Of a stretch of 64,000 nucleotides of DNA, positions 55,744 through 64,000 are shown in pieces. Both the position numbers and the translations under genes were made by a program. Within the stretch, counting starts at the first letter, position 1. Each line of letters starts with the position of its first letter. Source of the stretch: Vicugna vicugna (lineage: Eukaryota); contig MU058198.1 of assembly GCA_013265495.1 (NCBI GenBank), positions 6,587,779 through 6,651,778 of the forward strand. The letters run 5' to 3'. The notes under the pieces are model-generated. The model made no database searches. It saw nothing but the letters and a program-made list of their open reading frames with translations, and was not told where the DNA came from.

Positions 55744-55831
55744 CTGGTGGGCACTGAACCATGGGCGTCTGTGGGGGCGGGTGGGCAGTCCCCCCGAGAG
55801 GAAGGGGTGGTCACGCCTCAGGCGCTTTCTC
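55744..55831 (-). promoter_or_regulatory. CD19: CD19 proximal promoter: PAX5 (BSAP) sites, GC box, EBF-like PyG box
   Basis: Minus strand CAGACGCCCATGGTTCAGTGCCCACCAG (55744-55771) matches the high-affinity human CD19 PAX5 site as I recall it; GC box ~55773-55782; TCTCGGGGGGAC ~55788-55799; GAGGCGTGACCA (second PAX5-type site) ~55808-55819; no TATA box. Confidence 0.85.
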
Positions 55832-57404
55832 CATGCACCCCTCCAGAACCACAAAACTCGCCTCCTCCCTGCTACACTTTTATTTTCATCCCAGCATTTG
55901 TCATGTGAAATGATCTTATTTGCATGTCTACTTACTTGCTGGCTTTCTGTTCCCCTCATTTGACTGTAAGCCCCTTGCGGCAGAGACTTCACCCTGTTCA
56001 TGACTGTACACACAGTGCCCTGGAACAGTGGTTGGCACATTGTAGGCACCCAAGAAATCTTTGTTGAATGAGTGTCCTCTCTCCTCCTCCTACATGCCCC
56101 CGCCACCCTTCAACCTCAGGCTCTGAATTCACTTCCCTTCACACATGGCCTCTTCATTCATTCAACTGACATTTCCTAGGCTTTCTTCCATCTCCATACT
56201 CCCAGCCTATCACACATACGGCAGACCTGAGTCTGAATCCTCCACCTCCACCATTTGGCTAAATGTCTTCATCTCTCTTAGCCTTAGTTTCTTTCTCTGT
56301 AAACTGGGGATAAGAATAGTACTATCAAAATAGCTTCTGTGGAGATTAAACAGGGCAATACATGTTCGGCATTTTCCACCCAGCACAGCACACAGCAAGA
56401 TCTGAGAGACAGCATCCATGAATGGCTACTGGCTCAAGCCATTCTGCTGCTCCAGCTGAATGAAGCCTCCTCAAAGGGCAGAGTGGTGCCTGAGATCACA
56501 CATTGGGCTGGGGGTACAACCGGGCACTAGAATCCAGGAGTCTTAACTCTTAAAGTTAACTCTGTTCTTTTGCCAAACACCCTCTATCTCTCTCTCTCTT
56601 CGCCTCTCCCTGCCTCTGCCTGTGAATCTCTGTGTTACTGCTGCCATCACTCAGGGAAAAGGGCCAGGGACCCAGGAGACCTGCTCTCTCAGTTGCTGGT
56701 TCCCAGGCCAGTCTCACTGAGCTGTGACTTCCTGTTTGCCTCGGGCAAACCCCAGGGGACCCCCCCCCCAGCTGGCAGGGCCCTCACTTCTCTTTGGTCA
56801 GGTTGGGTTGGCTGGGAGAGGGTAGAGTGGGGCATCAGGGGAATGGAACGGGCAAGGGGGCAGGACCCCATCTGCCTTTCACTCAACAAAATCTCTCCAA
56901 TCCCGTTCACCAGTTTCCCAGCTGCCTCACATGCTGAGTCTTCTTGCTGGAGTGTGTCAGCCCCCAACTTAGAACATTGCAACCACTTTCATCTATGTCA
57001 AAGTAAACACTCCATACCATGGCCTCCAAGGGCCTGAGGGAAGCTGCCCCTGACGACATTTCCCACCTCAGCCCTCTGCCACTCTGCCCCAGCTCAGGGC
57101 CTTTGCACTTGCTGCTCTTCTTCCTGGATCTCTCTACTCGGCTCTTCGCTCCACTGGCTCCTTGCTGTGGCTCAAGCCTCAGTTCAAATGTTACTTCCTC
57201 AGAGAGTCCTTCCCTGACCCACCAGGTACTTTGAATCTTATACCCCTGTTTTATTTCCCTCCTAGCATTTGCCCCCATCCTAAAGTCGGCATGCTTACTT
57301 GTTAGTTTGTCTCCTGCCCTAGAATATTCACTCTGCTACAACAGGACTCCTTACTATCTGGCTCACTGACATCCAGTAGGTGCTCAATAAGTATTTGTCA
57401 TACA

Positions 57405-57673
57405 AAGGAAAGAAGTTAGTTATGGTTACCCAAGGGGAAAGGGGAGGGGAATAAATTAGGAGTATGGGATTAACAGATACAAACATACATAAAATAGATA
57501 AGCCACAAGGATTTACTGTATAACACGGGGAACTATATTTAATATCTTATAATAACCTGTAATGGAAAATAATCTGAAAAAACCCATATATATATATGGG
57601 CTATATATATATATATATATATAAAATCACTTTGCCGTATACCTGAAACTAATACAACATGGTAAATCAACTA
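57405..57673 (+). mobile_element. LINE-1 3' end fragment, interrupted by the ERV LTR
   Basis: Typical L1 3'UTR (gggattaacagatac...acaaggatttactgta...cactttgccgtatacctgaaactaatacaacat...aaatcaact) with (TA)n ~57586-57622; stops abruptly at the LTR. Confidence 0.8.
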
Positions 57674-58219
57674 TGTTGGGGGACATGGCGGGCAGTGCAA
57701 GGGCAGTAAAAGAATTTACCAGAAACATAGAACGTTTAAGAGACAAAGGAGAGTTTAATGGATACGCTGCTCTAGGCAACAGTGGGCCACACAGACGAGA
57801 GGTGTGAGCGCCGAGGGTGAAGGTGCAGGGTCTTTTATTGGGGGAAGGGGCTGTGAACACAAGGGGCGGGTGGCCTGCATGATCAGTTTGTGCACAGCTA
57901 CCTGATTGGTTGTAAGACTTGTCAGGGGCTACTCTGAGGAAAGGACTTTACGGCTCTCATAAGGGCAGATGCGCCGTAAGGCCTGTCTGCCTAGGGTGTT
58001 GTGAGACTGGCCATTTTCTGGGGGTGGTTAGTTTTGTTAAGATAAACACACGTCAAGGGAGATGTTTTCATCTTGCAGAAATGCAGGTATGTGGAGGGTC
58101 CTGAAGTGGGGGGTGGGGGTTAAGGGTGCCAGTGGGCCCCAGGCACATGGAGAGCCCAGGAGTGGGGGTTCTATGGACTTCAGAGTGGCTTTAGAGAACG
58201 CCAGCCAGCCGGCTCCACA
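57674..58219 (-). mobile_element. ERV 3' LTR (546 bp, TG...CA)
   Basis: Polypurine tract AGGGGGAAA directly before TG at 58219; CCAAT 57905-57909; GC box ~57862-57870; TATA-like AATAAAA 57833-57839; ATTAAA 57754-57759; ends CCCCCAACA at 57674. Confidence 0.88.
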
Positions 58220-58765
58220 TTTCCCCCTGACAGATTGGCAGTGACCAATCTTTGGAACATGGGTGGAGGTCTCTTTCTTCTGGAACTACTTCTTGCTGAA
58301 CATGAGTGTCAAGCTGTCCCTAACTATCGTGCTAATCTGTCCAGGGTGTGGGGCCAAGATGGTCCTCCCCAAGAATCTGACTGCCTAAGGGGCAGCCTGA
58401 AAATAACCCCCTTTGACATCCAAGGGCTGCATCCCTTTGGTAAGGGCCATGGCATCTCTGGCTTGCGAGAGACGTCTGTTTTTGTTTCTTTGGAGCTTGG
58501 ACCTCAAAGAGAAAGACAATTGTTTTTATAAGAGAGGGGAACAACATAAAGAATAAATGCATACAAGATAAATAGCCAATCTCAAGAAAAGGATGGAGAG
58601 GGGAAATTTTAAAATCCCTGTGAAAAAGGACCTTATTCCCTCTGGAATCCAAAAAAAAACTATTAGAGCATGTCAGAAAATTGTTTGTTAACCTCTTTGC
58701 TGTGAGCATTGCTATCCCCTAGAGTACTTATGTCACTCTGTAGTTGAGTGAGGAGCAAAGTGAAA

Positions 58766-59923
58766 TTACCACACACCAGGGAGATGGGGGCAGCTTTCAG
58801 TATGTATTATTGTACATGTGCCTGCCTGGGAAGCTGTGAGGATATCAAAAGCCATGTGATTTTGCAAAATCGTTCTCCTCATTAAGGTCATTTCTGTATT
58901 GACCAAAAATATACTTTCCCTGGTATCATTTCGTGCTTGTTGTATAGATTTTGTTAAGGCTTCCACGTGCAGAATTACATATTCCAGGACCACTGGAGGG
59001 AAAATAAAAATGTATTAGGTGATCGTATCATTTAAAAACAGATCGAGACCACCGGGCATGCATAAAAGGAAAATCTGCAATTTTTGTACTTTGTAGGGTG
59101 GAATATCTGTGTTCCTGTGCCCAGGGGAAGCCCAAAGTGCATCAGGCAATCCATCCTGGGGGCAACCATGGCCAGAGGTTAATGCCACAGATCCAGTGAG
59201 TTCCACTGGGGGCTGGCCATATGGTGGGTCTGTATTGCCACGGTTTAAATTGCCATTTGGTGGCCAGATAATCAGTAGCCTATAAAATTATACGATGAAC
59301 ACACTATTTTAAAAGAATGCATCCCAGATGTCGAGCGGAGTTAGCCACTGAGACAAGGAATGATTTTTTTTGTTCCCAACACTGGGGAGTTTTTATGCTC
59401 AATCTGCCGTATTTAGGCATTAACCAGTTAGCTCCATCCCATAGTTGGTTGAAGCCTTCAGCTACTCATGAGGACTTTGAACATCTCCAGACCTTCTCGG
59501 GTGTGGCATTTTAGGTAACTTATCCATTCCCTGAATTGTGGCCGTTCAAGAGAATGAAAAATTGTGGCTTGGCAAATTAGTGGTGTTTTCCATAGGCCAT
59601 TTTGATGGATCATAGTTAGAAATTTCATATAGGAATTCAAAATCTTTACAGGGCGGAGGGTTTAAGGGGTCATGACGAGTTGTGTTTTCATTCATAGCAA
59701 ATATCAATTGAAGAATAAGTGTGGAAAACTCTTTCCAATCAGATCCTTGTAGGGGTGAAACCCACCATGGCAACCCGGAGAATGCAGACACCAGGTCGGC
59801 CACAAACCCAGCAGTTAGAGTAGTTAAATGTACTAGCATATGTGAAGGCCCATTCTAAGAAACTGTTTCCTGTAACAGTAGAGGTAAAGTGCAGAGGAGA
59901 GTCAGAACAAAGAGGAGTGTCAT
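58766..59923 (-). pseudogene. ERV env remnant (gamma-type), truncated before the membrane anchor
   Basis: Hydrophobic leader MTLLFVLTLLCTLPLLL from ATG 59923; CWVC 59802-59813; furin-like RWSR 59043-59054 followed soon by TGA 59028-59030; immunosuppressive-domain-like LQNHMAFDILTASQAGTC. Confidence 0.88.
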
Positions 59924-60289
59924 TTTTAGTACTCTAAATAGAGATTAATCTCATCAGATGTAAAATTGGTTGAACTGCCTTGAAGATACAGATCAAAAAT
60001 GAAACCCCTGTACTGAGTTGCAGAGAAAGAGAGAAGATCTTCGGCGGGGATTGTAGTTAATTCTGAAAGAACAATTTCATAAAAGACATCAAGTCAGGAA
60101 CTCATGGGCAGCTAGAGCAAGGGTGAGAAATGAAGGGATTAGCGCGCTGGGACAACAGCAAACAGGAAGTATAGTGAGGCAGAGCGCTGGTAAGAAGATG
60201 TGGGTAAGAAGGCAAGGTCCTCAGCTGGCTGGCATCAGCCCAGCAGGTGGCACGCATTAAGCTAGGAATTGGGACTAGTGTCACCGATT

Positions 60290-63200
60290 TGCGTTTGAAC
60301 GGTAGGCGGAGAGCCTCCAGAGGCTCACAGCTGGACGAGGTATTTGTTGGTGATGCCTCACCCATTTTTAATGCCGGCGGCGGGGCGGCAACCTTTTACA
60401 CGGGACAGGTGTATCCAAGGAGTGAGCCTGTCTAGTTTCACTTCATTGCGGTGGGAGTGGTCAGAAGTACCTGCTAAGGCCACATCCAAACTGGCTGAAA
60501 TGCCTGCTTGTCCTGTGGAAGAGTTCTGAGATAAACCCAGTCCCTGGGAACGAGTTTTTGGATGGGAGTTTCCCTGAAAATTGGGATCAGGCTTTGGATT
60601 TATATGATTGTGATATTCATGAAGAGCCTTTACAATTTGACTTAAAGTTGTCACGTATTGAGCAAGGTAGTGACCCTCAGCATCTGTTAGTAAATCTGTT
60701 TGGAGGAAAGGCCTGCCATAAAGGAGCTCAAAAGGGCTTAAATGAGATTCAGCCTTTGGAGCAATTTGTGTTCGTAACAAAGCAGTACAGAGAAGGGTGG
60801 GCTGGGACTGCTGAGTTTCTTGCATAACCTTTGTTAGGATTCTTTTTATTGTTTGGTTGGCTCTTTCCACTTTACCAGAGGACTGGGAGTGCCATGCGGC
60901 AGGTAAGTGATGTTCAATTTGTAGGGCTTCTGCCACCCCTTAAGTTATTTGAGAAACAAAATTTGGGTGATTGTCTGATTGGAAGGAGCAGGGTAGGCCG
61001 AAACAGGGAGTAATACGATCCAGCAAAGCAGTAGTTACTTCTGATGCCCTGTTTTTGTGGGGAAGGCTTCAATCCATCCTGTGAAAGTCTCTATAAATAC
61101 CAGGAGAACATGGGGAGTATAGCTTATTGGTAGAGTGAATGCCTAGCACGCATGAGGTCCTGGGTTCAATTCCTAGTACCTCCATTAAATAAATAAATAA
61201 ACCTAAGTACCTCCCCCCATAAAAAAAAATACCAGGAGATATTTTAGGGTCTTACATGGAGGCATATGGGTGAAATCTATTTGCCATTCCTCTTCTGGTA
61301 CCTCTCCAAGGGTACCTTTCCTCTGAACTGGGTGGAGAGGTGGTGGCCTAACATTTCCTTCATTGTTGACCTGACAAGTTGGACGTGCATGGGAGATGTC
61401 CCGTAGGGTTTGAAAAATTCCCTTTCCCACAAAAAGAGGTTGTATTAAGTCCTGTAGGTTCTTTGCCCCTAAGTGGGTAGATTGGTGGAGATTTTGTAAC
61501 ACTTTCCATTATAAGGCCCTCAGGAGTAATAATTATACACTTGGGGCTTTTAAGCCATTTTTCTCCAAGATTGAAGGTAAACCCCACTTTTGTTGCCTCT
61601 TGAATTTCTCTCTCAGTATACTGAGGAGCCATTAGTGTAAAAGTTGGAAATAAAGTTGCCTGTATAGGAAGTCCTGCTGCCTCTCTGGACTGTCTGCTTT
61701 GTGATTTCCTTGGGAAATCTCATCAGTTACCCTTTGATGTGCTTGACAGAGAATCACTGCCACCTTTGTGGGAAGATAATGGCTTCTAACAAGTTTAAGA
61801 TTTCTGAAGCATGTCTAATGGGTGTATTTTGTGCTGTGAGAAGACCTCTTTCTTGCCAAATGGCGGCATGTGCATGAACAACATGAAAGGCATACGATGA
61901 ATCAGTGTAAATATTTAACTTCATTCCTGGCCCAAACGTAAAGCTCGAGTGAGAGCTATGAGTTTAGCCTTTTAAGCAGAAGTGGAGCCTCCCGGAAGGG
62001 GCCCTGATTCTATACCTTTGGTAAGACTTACAATGGCATAACCAGACAATCAAACCCCATTTAACATAAAACTACTGCCATCAGTAAACCAGGTGTCGTC
62101 AGGGTCCTGGAGCGGTTTATCCTGAAAGTCTGGTCTAGCCGCACAAGTTAAATCTAGTATCTCAAGGCCTGAGTGTTTTATAGAGGAGTTACAATTTGGA
62201 TTAGGAAGGAAAGAGGCGGGGTTAAGAGTTTGACACAGTTTAATACTAAGTACAGGAGTCTCTAAGAGTAGCGTTTGATATTTGGTGATCTAACCGTCAG
62301 AGACCCAGTGAGAAGCCTTTGAATTTAGAATATCCATTACTTGGTGGGCCGTATAGGTAGTTAATGGTTGTCCCAGAGTCAATTTGGATGCCTCTTCGAC
62401 TAACAGGGCCACAGAGGCTAGAGCTCTGAGGCAAGGGGGCCATCCCTGGGACACAGGGTCCAAATTTTTAGAGAGGTATGCTTCAGGTTGCTGGGTGGGT
62501 CCCAATGCTTGTTTAAGAACTCCCGGGGTGACATGTACAAACAGGATACAGGGCTTTTGTAGATTAGGCAAAGCTAAAGCTGGGGTGCTGTAAGAGTCTG
62601 TTTGAGAATTTGCAATGCTTGGTCCATCTCAGGGGTCCATTCTAATGGCTCATTTTCTGGATCCCATAAAGCTTCATAGAGCGGCTTTGCTATGAGGCCA
62701 AATTGGGGTATCCAGGTCCTACGAAATCTTGCCATTCCCAGGAAAGATCTGAGTTTTGTTTAGTCGCTGGAGTCCCCATGTCTAAAATTAGACTTTTTCT
62801 CTGGACTGGCGAACTCTTCATTCCTAGGTTTCTATGAGGCCCAGGAACTGTACCTTCTGAGTTGAAATTTGGGCCTTAGAGAGAAACTTTATACCCACAT
62901 GAGGTTAGTTTCTGTCATATCATTATAGTGTTTAAGTCAGAAGAATCTTTATGAGGACTATATATTAGGAGGTCATCTACATACTGAAGTGAGGCACCGC
63001 CCGGAGAAAACTAAGGTAGAGAGATCTTTAGCTAGAGCTAAAGATCCGAATAAATGGGGACTGTCTCTAAATCCCTGGGGCAGAACTGTCCAAGTTAACT
63101 GTTGGGATACTTGGGTTTCTAAATCCTGCCATTAGAAAGCAAAAAGAAATTGAGAGTCAGAGTGTACAGAGATGCAGAAGAAAGCATCCTTAAGGTCTAA

Positions 63201-63900
63201 CATGGAGTACCAAGAGGCCTCAGCAGGAATTTGTCCCAGGAATATAAAAGGGTTTGGCACAATGGGATGTATGGGTATCACAGCCTCGTTGATGGCCCTG
63301 ATATCTTGTACCATCCTGGATGTCCCATCAGCCTTTTTCACAACTAGGATCGGGGTGTTGCATGGAGAGTTACAAGAACGCAACAATCCAGTTGCAAGGA
63401 ATTTGGTGATTAAGGGCTGGAGGCCCCTCCAGGCCTTGGGCTTAGGAGGGTATTGAGATTTTCAAGGTAAAAAGGTAGGATCTTTTCATTGAATTCATAC
63501 AGGTTTTGCAAAAAGGGACCTCCCTGGGGTTGTTATGTCCCAGACCTCCAGAGACACTTGTTGGTAAATATCAAAAGGTATCTCTTGTGGGCCCTGAGCC
63601 AGGGCTAACAAAGGACAGACACACTCTGGCAAGTGGAGGCTGGCCTAAAGCTTAGTCATAATAGTTCTCCCTAATAAGGGGGTGAGGCATTCAGGGAGAA
63701 CAAGAAAGGCATGAGTAAAAGTAAATTTTTCAAGAGTACAAACTAACAGTGAGGTCAAACAGCCAGTTTGTGGATGGCCATCTATCCTGGTAAGGAGGAT
63801 CCAGGACCGAAGTGTTGGTCCAGAAAAACTAATTAAGGTGGAGTAAGTGGCTCCAATATCAACTAGAAATTGGACGAACTTTCCTGCCTATCCAAGGTCT
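60290..63900 (-). pseudogene. ERV pro-pol remnant (PR-RT-RNase H-IN), frameshifted
   Basis: FLVDIGATYS (63852-63860, catalytic DTG changed to DIG); SPCNTPILVVKK, LDLKDAFF, TWTVLPQGFRDSP; QYVDDLL (YVDD 62972-62983); WFTDGSS ~62071-62091; WQIDFTHM, QSSGKVERAN, SPFELLYGRP, WIHLSRVK; tail SCEPLEALRLPFKR. Confidence 0.93.
61108..61226 (+). mobile_element. tRNA-Ala-derived SINE (vic-1-like) inserted in ERV integrase
   Basis: A/B boxes and A-rich tail; exact 13-bp target-site duplication AAATACCAGGAGA at 61095-61107 and 61227-61239. Confidence 0.92.
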
Positions 63901-64000
63901 CCCAAGGCTCTGCCATTGAGATGGAAAGCATGGGAGCCTGCACGGCCTCTGGGCTCTGTCTGTCCCAGAAGAGTCATCTTCCCCCTCGCTGTTATCTGGC

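Larger units (their letters stand above)
57674..64000 (-). mobile_element. Decayed class I (gamma-like, ERV1) endogenous provirus; 5' part runs off the window
   Basis: On the minus strand in order: protease, RT, RNase H, integrase, env, polypurine tract, 3' LTR; many stops and frameshifts. Confidence 0.95.

Noticed and set aside
58766..59923. env as a domesticated syncytin-like gene
   Set aside because: Frameshifts after the leader and after CWVC, a stop after the furin site, and no TM anchor.
60102..60365. 87-aa ORF between pol and env as a retroviral accessory gene
   Set aside because: Its N-terminal part (SCEPLEALRLPFKR) is the usual class I ERV integrase tail displaced by a frameshift; the rest is read-through.

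Overview
Mammalian genomic DNA, most likely a camelid: it carries about ten copies of a tRNA-Ala-derived SINE resembling the camelid vic-1 family. It holds the conserved CD19-NFATC2IP-SPNS1-LAT cluster (human 16p11.2 synteny), all on the minus strand. I built all four spliced CDSs by hand; each has GT-AG introns and an intact frame: CD19 14 coding exons/562 aa, NFATC2IP 8/418 aa, SPNS1 12/528 aa, LAT 11/233 aa. The right end (57674-64000) is a decayed class I (gamma-like) endogenous retrovirus with pro-pol-env remnants. Its 546-bp 3' LTR lies about 2 kb upstream of CD19 and points towards it; the provirus sits in an L1 3' end and is itself interrupted by a SINE. Positions 1-16000 are repeat-rich intergenic DNA with one 106-N assembly gap. 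I found no convincing new biological system. The best leads are regulatory or evolutionary: the LTR next to CD19, a stop-free in-frame LAT intron 6, a nested inverted SINE pair, SPNS1 uORF/CLEAR architecture, and CD19 indels plus a variant poly(A) signal. Human comparisons and repeat family names are from memory, not from a database search.
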